A stretch of DNA of 64,000 nucleotides from Schizochytrium sp. TIO01. Taxonomy: Eukaryota; Protista; Bigyra: Labyrinthulomycetes. Of this stretch, positions 47,973 through 61,628 are shown in pieces (positions within the stretch are counted from its first letter, which is position 1; every line of letters starts with the position of its first letter). The stretch covers positions 3,658,001 to 3,722,000 of the forward strand of contig SMSO01000025.1 of NCBI GenBank assembly GCA_004764695.1, in the 5' to 3' direction. The notes beneath the pieces are model-generated. The model saw only the letters and a program-made list of their open reading frames with translations. It did no database searches and was not told the origin of the DNA. The position numbers and the translations under genes were made by a program.

Positions 47973-48262
47973 TTGTATGCAGAAGACCACCGTTGGTGCT
48001 TTAGAGCTCTGCAGACAATACTTAGTGTGACGAGAACAGCACCTTTATGGATGCTGGGTGTGGCGCGGCTCACTTCAAGGAGTCTGCCTTGTCCCGCAAC
48101 CAAATCTTCGTCCCGGTGGTCAAACTGCTCGCCTTGGGTGGGTATGCCTTCTTTTCATTCGGGTTTATATACAATTTGGAGCAACTTGGAGGAGACAGGT
48201 ACTGGGAAATCTTGACTCAATGCTACTCCATGAAGCAAACGAGGGCAGAGCTGGTTCTCTAG
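47973..48262 (+). pseudogene. Frameshifted SAM-dependent methyltransferase relic (DOT1-like)
   Basis: DENSTFMDAGCG (SAM motif I) at 48029-48064, with LYAE and TTVGA upstream in shifted frames. Confidence 0.35.
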
Positions 48263-51200
48263 AAACTTGTATGGCCACATTTAAAGTTGAATTAAAACCA
48301 CACAACCTGGTATTTCCTTGCCTTTTGAGCCACCGTGAATTTGTTTCCCTTAAAGACTCCCCTGGTAACCATTTTCTTTGTTTCCTTATGTCCCAAACCT
48401 GTTTCTTCTCAGGTCCAACATCAGGAGCATTCTTTAGTCCCTAGTACTCCAGTTCTTGCTAGGCCTGTTGTTTCCTGCTGGGAGTGAGCAAAATCCGATG
48501 CTCCCTGCTGCCTGGAGTTTTCTTTTCTTTGTTTAATGCAAAACGGAGGAGTCCATTTTTTTGAAAAGAGGTTGCTGCAGAGTCCACTAGCAGCATTCTG
48601 TCACAGCTTGACCTCAAAAAGTTTTCTCTATTTCAAGTTCTCACATAACTAATAGTACTAGTTAGGCATAGGTAAATGCTATAAGGTGTGTCGTAGTTGT
48701 CTTCTCACCGACACATGTGTGGCGACTTCGAAAACACAGTCTTCAAACAGGGCTAGCTAACTGAGATACTCTTCTAGCCGCCTGTAAACGTGATCCCGTG
48801 AGAATCGGGCGATGCCTCTTTCGTCCGCCTAGGCTCCTTTGTGGTTTGTTTTGCTTGCTACAACCCTTGCTGCTGCAGCTACTGATGATGATGCCTACGG
48901 CATGGTATGCACATGAGGTGTGTACTTTGTCCATCGCATATCTAGCTAGTTTTTGGTTTTAGGATAGGTATTGTTCAAGTTTCTCCACAATTTGCAAAGG
49001 TTGCGATCCAAGTTTCGTCAAGATGATGGAGGGGTTATTGAAGATGGCAATGGCTGGCTTAACGTTACTGCAATATTCCGGCAGCTCAGAAGAGTATAAC
49101 AAAAAGCGGGGAATTCTCACGGGTATACAGGCAGGGACTTTCTCCGCAGCAGCAACAGTACACTACTACCTGGTGATTCTTGGTTCGCGAGCACATCTGC
49201 CGGTGCAAACTCTTTGTCCCAGTGCCATTATCTACGCAGACCGGGCTCTGCTTGCGTATGAATATACTATACATGCCAAACATGCATCCAAGGTCGCGAT
49301 TCATAAACTTTACGATGTTGCAATTAATGATCGAGCTACGTAGGTATCATCACATGACCAACTGTGGGAGTTAAATCGCCCACTGGAGTCATTCATTCGC
49401 TATTGGGCGTTCATCTTTGCCATAAGGAACGAGAAGAGAACACCTAGGCCCCGCGTTCCCCAGCGCGGGGCAGTAGGTAGTTAGGTGAGTACACACCCAC
49501 GCATATCGCTGTTTTGTTTGCAGAACCCATATTCAGGCAGCTCCGTTAGCCCACCAACACAGGCAGAAAAGAAAGGAGTAGTCGCAGCGCGGGGCTATCT
49601 CTGTGACCGAAACAATCTGTAAAGAATGCGTAGTGCATGTGTTGGTTTCCTTCCTGTCACGCTCAATAGCATCTGTATAAATGCGTAGTAATCAGGGTAT
49701 AGGCATGTGCTGTTGAAAAGCGAGCTCTCATGCACTACTATGAGTCCATGACGCGCCAAAGCCCCATTGAATGTAGCTAGTAGTAGTAGATAGGGTGCAT
49801 AGTACTTAATTTTTTTCATCTTTGTAAAACCTTTTAAAAGTTGCAAATCATCATCGTGAAAAAAAATAAAATATATATTTATTTATTTAATTAAAATTAT
49901 GCTTACAGAAAGCAAAAAAAAAAGTATTTTTATTTTTTAGCAAATTAAAAATTTTAATTTTAAAAATGTACAACAAATAAAAACTATATGTGCCTGTTTT
50001 GTCAACAGAGAAAGCAACAATCTAAGAACTCTGAAGAGAGGATTGGAGGGTCCAAAGAGTTCTTTCTTTTTCATTTCTTTCAAGACTTGGAGGGTTTTCA
50101 AGAGAAATAAGAAACAAGCCAAACAACAAAGGATCATGCCCTCGCTGCGGCATGAAGATGGTTTTTGTACATCCAGAGTTCTGGAGCGGCGAGCGAACGC
50201 CAGCCACTCAGTCAGTTGAATCTGCAGTCAAAGGCCGGACAGCCAAGTCCGACACGGTGCAGGTGCTTGGCTTTGGTTCCATCATGCGAAGCCAGTGGCT
50301 ATTTCGTTTCCACGGAAGCAAAGCATTTCACCAAAAAAGGTTACCTTCCTATGTATCTCGTAGACCTAGCATATTGTGGCGTGGCACTCCCTGTCTCACC
50401 GCAGCCAGCCATCTCTTGAAGAGGATCAGGCGTGAATTGGAGCGGCAAGAAACACCGCTGAGCTGAGCTGAGCTGAGCGCAGACGCAGAGAACTGCACGT
50501 CTTTCATGAGATAATTCTTGAAAATTGTTAGGGCATCGTGCTGCCTCTGCTGGGAATGGAGATCTGCCGAAGCAGCTGCAATGACGATGGTGGTTTCAGG
50601 CCCCTCGTAGGAAGTGCACGTCCAAGAAGAAGTTCGTAGCTAGCCAGCTAAGTAGTGGTAGTACGTGGTAGTTCTCTGCTCAATGCTGCTGCCCAGGTAG
50701 GTAAGGTACCTTGGCACGTCGCGGGAGTCGTTGTGAACCTGTGGTGGAGGTAAGAAAACACAGCCAGATTCCATCGAAATTCGACGACGAGCAACTAAAT
50801 CAATCTGGCAGGGAGCACGATCATCGAAGTTGTTGAGTCTCGCGGACATCTTCATGCATGCAAGCAGAGGCACCATAGAGAGGAATTAGGTCTTGGTTCG
50901 CCGCTGAGTCATTGATCCGTACAAGTTCAATGTGGACGGAGAGCAGGCAGGCTCACCTCCAATCCATCACTGGTCACATCACTGGTCACGGTGTTCCTGG
51001 GCTAGCTAGGTCAACTCGGCTGCCGTGCCGGGAATTCTGCTGTCGCCCAGCTGCGACAAGAGCACGTTCCTGCGCAGTCTCGGTAGTAGTCGAGCTTTAA
51101 GGATTTCCACAGCGCAAGCACACCTTCGTAAGAAGCAAGAAGCTTTTCGTAAAGAAGCAGCGTGGCAATCACAAGTAGCTCCATCGCTTCCGGCAAGGTT

Positions 51201-51939
51201 CCAAGGCGCAGGGCAAAGTGACGGAATCGCGGGAGTAGCTCGATCGAGAAGGAACCAGGCAGAGCATAGACCTGTGCCACGATGTGCTCTGCGAGGCGCC
51301 CAGCTTGCCATCGATGAGTTCTGTGAATGTTATCTCCCATCCTACTGTTAGAAGCGTTGCCCGCCCAAAGTTCCATTCCCTCCGAGGAAGTGCCGATCAG
51401 GTCTGTGCAATCTCACAGAAGCTTTTTCTTGAAACAAGGCCAAGATCCATCCACCCCGCTCGCTGCAGCAACCCTCAGAGCACGGCAGCCAAGATGCCCG
51501 CACCTCGCGGGACCCCTGCCTTTGCGACTTTGGTTGAAGGCATCCAGCAGGTCCTAACCCTGCGTAAGCTATCCCATTCTGCCCCAAACCTTTCCAATTC
51601 AAACTCAGATGGATCCGAACTAAGATCCCTCCAACATTCAAATTCAAATTCGAATACAAATTCAAATTTTCATTTTCAAATTTCTGAGAACGCCTCTTCT
51701 GGCTGTCTGTCTATCTCAAACACTCTTACCATACTCCTACCCGAACCCCTATGCGTGCCCTTCTACGCTTGCTTTCTCTGCTTGTTCTCCCTCTGCAAGT
51801 CGCCACTTTTAAACAGAACGACTACTCCTGCCCTTACCGGTTTCCCTACAACGCCCTGAGTCTTTGTTTCCACCTTGTCCAATGAAGAAGACAGCCTGAG
51901 AACAGCTTTTACAACTTGAAAATTCAATCGATCCATGAA

Positions 51940-52020
51940 GAAACAAACAAACAAACAAACTACAAACAAACAAACAAACAAACAAACAAACAAACTACAA
52001 ACAAACAAACTACAAACAAA
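51940..52020 (+). repeat. Interrupted (AAAC)n microsatellite
   Basis: Read directly. Confidence 0.9.
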
Positions 52021-52345
52021 GAAGCCTCTCTCAGAGAGGTGGGTGGGTACCAAATGGGGCAAACGAGCTTTTGAATGAGTGGCAGGCCAAGGGCGGTGCC
52101 GGCTTTCCGCAACGCGCGCGTGCTAGCTAAACCTCGTAGCTGAGCTGCCCGCCCTTCTCGCTAGCCGGCGAGAGGCCTCTCCGAGGACGTGTGGCTCTGG
52201 CGAAGAAGAGGCGCAGAGCTCGCTGGCTCACTTGCCTGCCTGCTTGCTTAGCGGAGAAAGGGCGCCGCGCTTTGATTGATTGACAGCTATAGAATCATTG
52301 CAGCGGCGTCTGTTCATAAAATTGTTTCATCAGGTGCCTACATTT

Positions 52346-52560
<215 letters not shown>

Positions 52561-54186
52561 CAAACACGATGAGTGAGGGAAAGAAGCGGAGATGTAAAAA
52601 TCTGGACCATAAATTGCAGTTTTGAACAGCCGAGGCCTCTATAGTAATGCTCGTGGGAGCGGTGGCGCGTACTAGAAGGTAGCTAGCGTGCTTTTTATTT
52701 GTTGGTTTTACGTCTTCGTCGAGGGTTCTTGAAAAGCAAATTGCTGCTATTTCTTTCAAGTTTATTGACTTTCAATTCAAAAATTAGGAGTGCCTGACTG
52801 AGTGAGAGTGAGTGAGCGACTTTAAAAATAATCAGTAGCAATGGGAACTATGGGGAATGTTACATGTGGATTTGAAATTCCTGGCTGGACTTGAAAAGGG
52901 TTGATCAGTCGTCAGATATTCATCGTCCATCCATCGCTAAGCAGGCCCGAGCCGTCGGCGAGCTAGCTATGAGTACTTGAAAGCCGGGCTTATTGCGCAC
53001 GGCATTCTGCTGTGGCGCCTCTTCGGTCAGGCGGAAGGGTTTCGTACGAGTCTGAAATTACTTATGTGTTTTTTTTTTAAAAGGAAAGAAGGTTTTCGTC
53101 ATAAAATTAAGAGAAGAAGAAGAAGAAGAAGAAAAAAAACTTGAAGAAGTTGAAAATTTTATATAAATGTAAACGCTTTCGAATGATCTCTCAAGAATTC
53201 GAATTGACCCAATCTATTAATCAATCAAACAATCAATCCATTCTGCCGCATTTCCCCCTTTGTAGCCCCTTCTACAGCTCTTCTTCCGCGTGCATCTTGT
53301 CCCCAGCTTTGGGCAAGCTCCACGCTCTCCGCAGAGCCCCATCAAGAATGAACTCGAGGAGGTCTTCAAGCACAAACGCAAGCATGTTCTTCCCTTTCCA
53401 AGGAAGATCTAAAAAAATAGATAGCGCCATCACCTTCTCTCATAGTATAAATAAGCAAATGAATAGATGATAGATAGATAAATACATAAAAAGCTAGGGC
53501 AACTTTGGATCTTGGTATCGTTAGTCTCATGTGCACTACAGTATACACTATAGGATAGCTAGCTAGCTAGCCACGTAGCCGTGGATCATGCAGACTCAAA
53601 AGCCCTTCGACCAGCACCCAGCTACCTTGAACCTTACCAATCGCACTAGTAATAGCTCCTTCCTTCCTTTCAACAATCAAATTTTCATCATTTCTCGCGA
53701 AGACATCTTTGAACTTCACTATATTTCCAAATTTAGACGTCTCATATGCTTTCTCTCTCTTTCTTTCTTCTCCTCCATTCACAAAGAGAATAATAAATAA
53801 ATCGTTATAACGATGAGTTGGACTCCGTTTGGATGGCCAGGCAAGCGCGGTACTGGCGAGAAAGCCGCACAGGCAGACAGACAGACAGACAGACAGCTCA
53901 GCCCAGCTCAGATACGCTCAGCCCTTGCGGGCGAGCCTGCCTGCCTGCCTGCCTGCCTGAGCGGCCTTCTCGCGGCGGCGAAGAGCGGCTCTGATCGATC
54001 ACAAGGCGGCGTCATCGAGTGCGAGGAGGCGTCATTGAGCGAGGCGGGAAACCCACTCACTCACGAATTGGTAGTAATGAGCGGTAGGCAATTGCTTCTA
54101 TTTCTTTCTTTATTGGAGCCGAAGAGAGAGAGACAGAGAGAGACTGTAGTTATTATTATTGAAAGAACTTCGAAAGAAAGGGCTTT

Positions 54187-54187
54187 A

Positions 54188-54255
<68 letters not shown>

Positions 54256-54257
54256 AC
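54187..54257 (+). repeat. (AAAG)n microsatellite
   Basis: Read directly. Confidence 0.95.
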
Positions 54258-55826
54258 TTTTAAAGAAAGAAAGGACTAAACTCTCAAAAGAGGGAAAGCA
54301 GCAGCAGCAGAAAGAAGAAATAAGAGGGTCCGTAGGCACTCTTAGGCGCCTGTAGGCGAGGAGGTCTTCACATGAAGAGCCTCCTCCCGCGTATTACAAT
54401 CGATCCTGTGTCAAGAGTCTCCGCAATTGCGCGATGTGCCGTCTCTGGTGAGGGCTTTGGGGCCTGCTTGTGAGCGGGTTGAAGAAGATGCCGTGGAAGC
54501 CGCTTTGGTTTGCAGCGAAGGCCAAGAATTGCTGCAAAGCAAGAAAGCTGGAAAGAAAACTAAACTTGCTGCTTGCTCTAAGCAACAGCTGAGAAAAGAA
54601 AGGAAAGAAAAAGAAACCATATTTAGTATTATTAGGTACTATGTCTTGAAAGGAAAGAGAAGAGGAAAAAGAAAGAAAAAATGGAGAGAAAACCGAGCGA
54701 CCAAAGCAAAGCCAAGACAGACCGTCAATCGTGGCGGCGCCTCGTGCAGAAAGGGGGAAACAGCACACCGGCAGGTACGTCGTGGCCACACTCAGGCCAG
54801 GAGGAAGGGCCAGCAGCGCTCCCCCCCCTCCCCCCTCTCCCTCTCCCCTTACTCGCCACGCCTCAAGCGCCTTGGAGCTTGCGAGGTGAAGAATGTAAAA
54901 CCACGATCGATCGATTGAAAGAGAAAATAAAAAGAAGATGGAAAAGTGATGTACATTAGGACTTAAAAGGAGGAGCAGAAGAAGACATAAAAAAGAAGAA
55001 GAGATCATCGCATTTGGATTGCTTACCTGTTAATTCAAGAAGCGATTCGTCAATTGGTTCATAAGTCGGCCTCGAGACCTGTCACTTAGATATCGTTGTT
55101 CCTCAAAACAGCTTTTGTCAACTTCGGAGCGTTCATTGCCGTGCGCCATTAGTGAGCGAGCAAATCTTCTTCATTTTTTTTAACTTTGGTCTTTGAGTCT
55201 GCAATAGCCTAATAAGATCCTACTTGATACGGTAGGACTTTTTCCCCTGTTTCTTTTACTTTGGCTGCGTTTACTTTCTCCGGTCAAGACCTCCTCCCCC
55301 TCTTTGCAAACCCGCAAGCGAGCAAGAGCTCATCGACTTGCTGAGCATTCTGGGTGCGTGGTGACAAGCGGCGAAGGGAACTCCTTTGGGGTGGTGGCGT
55401 TTAGATCGCAGGGGGTCGGCCTTCTGGCGTTGCATGGGTTTACTCAGCAGCGTTGATAGTTGCGACGCCGGATGACCTGACGGGATGCGAAGCGAGGATG
55501 GATGCTCGCAGGGTGCAGCAGTTGTTGCTGTGTACCCTTTTGGGCATCTTGCCAGCCTGTTATTGTGGCCTATAGATAAATTAGGGAATGGGAGAACTAA
55601 CCAAGATATTTGCTGCAAGCGATTGCGTTGTTGTGATGACCAATGTACTGTGTGAACGAACCAATATGGTGAATTTGATTAACCTGCTGCCGTCCTGGTT
55701 GCGCTATTTTAAATACTGCATCTCCTCCGTCCGTGTATGATATGTACTTGCTGCATACGTTTTATCTTTTTCATGAACTACACAGGTCATCCAGTTTATT
55801 TTTAGCTAATCACACTAGAAAACAAA

Positions 55827-57079
55827 ATGGGCTCCGGCAAGAACACCGTGATTGACATTGCCTCCGGCACTGCCGGTGGTTTTGCTCAGGTCGTGGCAGG
55901 CCACCCCTTGGACACCATCAAGGTTCGCTTGCAGACCCAGAAGCCTGGCCCTGATGGCAAGTTCCCCTTCGCTGGCATGGCTGACTGTGCTAAGAAGACC
56001 TTCGCCAAGGAGGGTGTGAAGGGCCTTTACAAGGGTGCCGCTTCCCCCCTCGTCGGCGCCATGGCTCACAATGCTGGTGTCTTCTTCTCCTACGGTCAGG
56101 CTAAGGCTTTGACTGGTGCCAACGAGGTCGGTGCTGACCTCTACAAGTACTTCCTTGCTGGCGCTATTTCTGCCATCCCTATTACTCTTGTTGAGACTCC
56201 TGTCGACTTGCTCAAGATTAAGCTTCAGGCCCAGGTTGGTGAGGGTAAGTCTCATGCAAAGGGATCATCAGTCGATCGATCCATCCAACAACGTAGAGAT
56301 TCGCTCTACATCGTGGTTATTATTGGATTCCATTTGATGATAAACACGACGTTTGTGATAATCTGGATGAGAGACTAACAAATTCGTTTTTCGTTGTTCT
56401 TGTAATTTACAGGTGAGTACGCTGGTGTCTTTGATGCTGCCGGAAAGTTGGGCCGTGCTCACGGTGTTGCCGGTCTCTACCAGGGCTTCGGTGCCACCAT
56501 GCTCCGTAACATTCCTTGCTTTGGTCTCTACTTTTTCGGCTCTGAGTTTGGCTTCCGTCTCATCAACACTCCGGGTGAGCCGACAACCCCGAAGCAGGTC
56601 TTCATTGGTGGTCTTGTCGGTGGTGCCTGCGCTGGTGGTCTTTTCTGGGGTGTGCTCTACCCCCTTGAGACTATCAAGACCCGCATGCAGAGCGACCACA
56701 TCCTTAAGGAGAAGCGTCTCTACTCTAGCGTTCTTGACTGCGCCCAAAAGACCTACGTAAGTTATCATCCATCCAATGAAGGAGTGCATATTGTGTCATA
56801 TTTATGGTTTCATGCTTCTCATTATTAGATCCCAGTGTTTTCTCTTTTTTGCACTTATCGTTCCATACTAACTCCCTTTTATCCTGGAATAAATTCACCA
56901 TTCGTTCATGGGTGCAATTTGCTTATTTGTGCTCTTTTTGAAATCTACAGGCCGAGGGTGGTGTTGGTGCTTTCTTCAAGGGCTACATCCCGTCTCTTAC
57001 CCGTGCCGTGCCTGTCAACGCTGCCATCTTCTGTGCTGTCTTTAACGTCAAGGACGCCATGTACAAGTCTTGGGCATAA
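55827..57079 (+). CDS. Mitochondrial carrier (SLC25; carnitine/acylcarnitine or ornithine carrier-like); exons 55827-56244, 56413-56756, 56951-57079 (296 aa)
   Basis: Three PX[DE]XX[KR] motifs (PLDTIKVR, PVDLLKIK, PLETIKTR); GTAAGT donors at 56245 and 56757 and CAG acceptors ending 56412 and 56950 maintain the frame; GHPLDTIKVRLQTQ and RAVPVNAA are typical of this subfamily. Confidence 0.93.
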
Positions 57080-58932
57080 ACGCCAAACTTCGTTGTCCAC
57101 GTGGCTAGCTCTGCGTCAGCGCATCGTACGCGCTTTCATAAACTTACGACGTGAGAGCGAACCCTCCTCTGCATTCAAGCAAATAAAAGAAAGAAAGAAA
57201 AACCTTAAAAACTTGCTGTGTTGAGATTTGAAACATGTCTCGCACATTTCCTGTGACGAGGCAGTCTCAACTTTGCATCTCTGTCGCATCCAGTAGTAGC
57301 ATCTGTGTAGGTTGTGTGTCTGTTTGCTCACACCGCCCCGACAAAACCAATCATTTTTTGCCTTTGACCATTTCACCAAATCAAATCTTTTATTGCTTTC
57401 TCCTAGAATATCATACGTCGACTCACGTTTCCAAGCTTGAAGAATTTAACTCATTTGCTATTCCCTGTCAACGCCATCTCCTCGTTTGTAAAGCTTGACC
57501 CTGTACTTTGCATCACAATCATACTTTCATATACCTAGGCCTATTAAACGAAGTGCCTACGACTTTCTCCATCATAAGAGAGACAAACGTCTTCTTGGCC
57601 AATAATGTTTTGTTTTTTTCTTTGCATTTTTTTTGTCGGTGATAGACACGCGCTGGTCAAACGGTACTCCCTGTCTTTTCCTACCCCGCACACTATTCTC
57701 TACCATCCCATAAGCAATAGGTACCCGCTATGTGCTACTTTGTTCATACCTCATAACTTAAAAGAAAAAAGAAAAAAAGAAAAAGAACAGGAAGTTTGAA
57801 AGGGCGGAGCATTTGATCAAGACGATGCAGATCCTTGTAATGCTCGAAACTACCAAGCTCGAGCAATTTGCGTGTTTGCAAGCACGCTGACTCTCTTGAA
57901 ATTGCTGCTCTTGTACAGTGGAAGATAACTACCTACCTACGGCTCAACAAGGGGGGAAATACGCAAGCAGCCACAAACTCTGTTTGACACAGGTAAATGA
58001 TGAATAACCTCCATAATATTGGTCTCATAGGGTGGCGAATTGGGTTCGTGAAGAGCTGAGCAATCGCCTCAGAGGTATTGTATTAGGTATCAGAGGGCGG
58101 AATATTGAATATTATTGGCATATATCCTAAGAAGAAAACATCAGCCAACCTTACGCTCAAAATGTAAAGTTACAGCACTGATCTGGAGAGAGAGAGACAT
58201 GAGCCAACCCCATGCTCTTAATGTAAAGCTACAACATTGATCTGGGCAATGTGGAGAGAGAGGGCGGAAATAATAGCGAACACAGTCATTGAAGGAGGGG
58301 ATGAGGAATAAAAAGACAAAATTAGAGGGATTCACTGTGTTATAGGACTAATAAGAGATCACGAACAAGTAATAATTGTGTGTGAGCGCGCATGCACCGA
58401 GAACATGGTATCAAGGCTTGCTTGCTCATCTTGGTTAGTGATGCTTGCTCCGCCTCGGCCTAGCGATATATCTAGTGGCCTCAAAGGTCTGGCTAGGGTA
58501 GGAATAAAAACAATGTGCTGCGGCACAGTGCTACACGATGGGACGTCGGATTCGATGTTTTGTTTGTTTGATTGATTGAAGAAGTATGCAGCCTCTCTTG
58601 TCCCAGAACTTGCATCACTCATATTTCCCTGGTTATTTCTTTTGCAGGAGGGTGCTCCTTTAAAAAAGATAGCAACTAACCAAAAGAATAAGAGAAAATG
58701 ATATGGAAGACTTGAGACAAGGAGATTATCTTTCCCGCTTGACAAAGTCGAGGCTTGAGGGTTGCGTTGCGTTTGTTTAGTTTGCGCAAGTTTATTCTGA
58801 TCCCACAGAACGGAAGCAGAAACATCCCACCCATCTTCAACGTCGAATTTATTTTGTTTGGATGGATCTCAACTTTTCGAAGATGAAAAAGGGAGGTTGG
58901 TCTTGATTAGAAACCGAGTCATGAAATCAAGC

Positions 58933-59541
58933 TTATTCGTCCTCCTTGACGCTGTCAATAGCAGCAACGATTTGCTTAGCGCGCTTGTACTTTGCCCTGA
59001 GCGATTTAATCTTGTACTCAACATTCGCGCGTTGTTCGTCGGAGGACTTCTCAAGCTTCTTTTCAAGCTTGGAAATGCGGTCTGCGAGCGTGTTGCCGTT
59101 GACTTCAACATCGTGGACGATTTTGGCAGCTTCGTCGCGGACTCGTTGTTGAGCCTGTCCCTGAACAGTCTTGAGGTAATCAACGACTAGGGAAGAGAAC
59201 ATGGTCTTGCCGACAGCCTTGCGATCAAGGAGGTTGGAGAGGATCCAAATTTGTTGCTGCTTCTTGAACTTCCACGATTCACGGTCGTCACGCCATTGCT
59301 GCAGGTATGCCTCCGCGGCACGGGCTTTCTTCAACTGACGCTTCCGTGCTGCCTCTGCCTCACGAGCCGCGGCAGCCTTGCGGGCCTCCTCGTTGGCCTT
59401 GCGTCGCTCAGCATCCTCTTTGACCCGCTTATCGCGCTTCTGCCGTTTGTCGGCGCGGTCTACCTTCGCGCGGCCTCCGGGTCCTCCAGAGGGTGCGCGG
59501 CCGCGTTTCTTGCCTTTGGCATCTTCTGCAGCAGCCGCCAT
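58933..59541 (-). CDS. WKF-domain protein (C7orf50/DUF2373-like)
   Basis: AEAYLQQWRDDRESWKFKKQQQIWILSNL...YLKTVQG is the WKF signature; basic N-terminus. Confidence 0.85.
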   Translation of the reverse strand: MAAAAEDAKGKKRGRAPSGGPGGRAKVDRADKRQKRDKRVKEDAERRKANEEARKAAAAREAEAARKRQLKKARAAEAYLQQWRDDRESWKFKKQQQIWILSNLLDRKAVGKTMFSSLVVDYLKTVQGQAQQRVRDEAAKIVHDVEVNGNTLADRISKLEKKLEKSSDEQRANVEYKIKSLRAKYKRAKQIVAAIDSVKEDE

Positions 59542-61290
59542 CCTTCACCAAAGCACAAGATTTGCCTGCCTGCCTGCCTGTGAAAGTGCTCAAACTCAGA
59601 GAGATCTTCAAACCTGAGTACGCAAACGTGAACTGAAGTTTTACTCGCAGCGTCCGCAGCAACCCACCTATGGAGCCGACGAAGCAAGCAACGAGCTAGG
59701 CTCTGGCAATGCTCCTGAACAGGAGTTCTCGCCGTCGCTCTAGAGTTCAAGTTCTCGTAGATCTACGCCTTCCACTCATCTTATACAGAAAAGCAGGGGA
59801 ACGAGTGCCTATTTTGAATGGCCCTCATGCCCATATTTTCAAACCAAAGTTGGGCTTAGGTTAGAACAGAACTAACCACTATACTCTACAGTGCTCTACT
59901 ATAGAACAAACTGCAGAATATTCAGTTTAAGCCTTTTTACGCTATTATTTTCTTAGTTATTTTCTTTGTTATTAATTATAATAATAATCATATGATAATG
60001 AAGGCTGCTTTAAGGAGGTTAGCATAGCCGCAAGTTAAGGTGCGGTGGGTTTCGGACGGCGGGCGAATTTTGGACGGCGTATTTTAACAGTGAGTTGAGC
60101 AATGCTAGCAATCAATGATCGAAAAAGAAGGTCCTTCGCCGAAGGTTGAATTGATTTGCGTTAATTTGGGTTGGCTGTGGATCTTTGTGTGCAGGATTGC
60201 TATTTTCTCGTTGCTTGAAGGGCTTTGGAAGGTGGTAGCCTTCGGCGTGATCTTGGACGGCCGAAATTTCGGTCGAGGCTGATGACCTCAGTTAGTGAGG
60301 TGAGCGACTCCTCCGCGCACGTGGTTGGGCCAGCTGACTGATACGAGCTTAAGGAGGGTACCGGAAGGCGCGCAGGCCTAGGGAATTCGTTAGTAGGCAC
60401 ACAGAGGCGGCGGCAAGTCAATTTCTCTCCTTTTTCCCTGTGCTTTTTCTTCTTTCTTTTAAAAAGCTTTCACTCATTCGTTGAGTTCATTCAGTTCATT
60501 GAGCTTGAAAGAAAGTGAGTGTCCCAAAGAGTGAGCGTACACATAACAATAAGAATAAGAATACCAATATCTTGGAATTCGAGGATGGCGATGTAATGCA
60601 ATGCAATGCAATGGAATGGAATGGAATGCAATGCAATGCAATGCAAGGTTGGAGATCGTCCAAGGTTGACGCGCTTCTGCTGGGTTTACAGCAGACAGAC
60701 TCGCTTCGGCAGGCAGAGTCCGCTTTCTCCACGATGGTTCTGAAGATTGTCTGTCTTGAACTAACCAATAAATATTCTCCGTTTGGCGGCTGTGAAGGAA
60801 CTGTGTAAGCGAGTTAAGAGAGCACAGACAGAGCCACCCATTTTCCGCCCTCTCACTCAGCCGCCTTTGGGCGGAAGACAAGCTCGTCTCCGCCTGAGCT
60901 AGCTAGCTAGCTTGCTTGCTTCCAGCGCCGGCCGAGCCAGGAAGGTTGCAGGCGCCTTCCGCGCTCGGCCTTTCGGCGTGGTCCTGAGCGGCTCCGCAGA
61001 CTGAGGCCCCGCGAGGAGGGCTCTAAGGCGATGGATCGATCGATGATTGATTGATTGATTTCTATGCGACGGAGAAGGCCTTCTGAGCGGATAGCACCTG
61101 GCTAGGAACTGGGTAGGAGTGGGGAGCCTGCTTATTCCCGTATCAGGTGGATATCCGCAGATCCTTTCTCCTGCATCTCTTTCTCTCTCTCGCTATTGGT
61201 CTATAAGGGGAGAATTGAGGCAAAGAAAGGAATAAGGAAGAGAGAAAGAAAGAGAGAAAGAGAGAAAGAGAGAAGAAAGGATTTCTTGAG

Positions 61291-61399
61291 TCATTCATTC
61301 ATTCATTCATTCATTCATTCATTCATTCATTCATTCATTCATTCATTCATTCATTCATTCATTCATTCATTCATTCATTCATTCATTCATTCATTCATT
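61291..61399 (+). repeat. (TCAT)n microsatellite
   Basis: Read directly. Confidence 0.97.
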
Positions 61400-61590
61400 T
61401 AGTTTGTATGGATGACTCGAAGAATTCGTTTAGTTGCAGCTCTCGAAGGCGGCCTGGCGAAAGCTGCGGAAGCTGTAGCGGCACGAGCAGGGAAAAGAGA
61501 TCGCTCCTACGCAGATGACGCTGATCTTCAGGAGCGTCGCGCCTAGCGAGCGATCCGTCGATTCGCTCAAACAATAGCCACAAGGAATGG

Positions 61591-61628
61591 ATGAATGAAT
61601 GAATGAATGAATGAATGAATGAATGAAT
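61591..61628 (+). repeat. (ATGA)n microsatellite, the reverse complement of 61291-61399
   Basis: Read directly. Confidence 0.95.
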
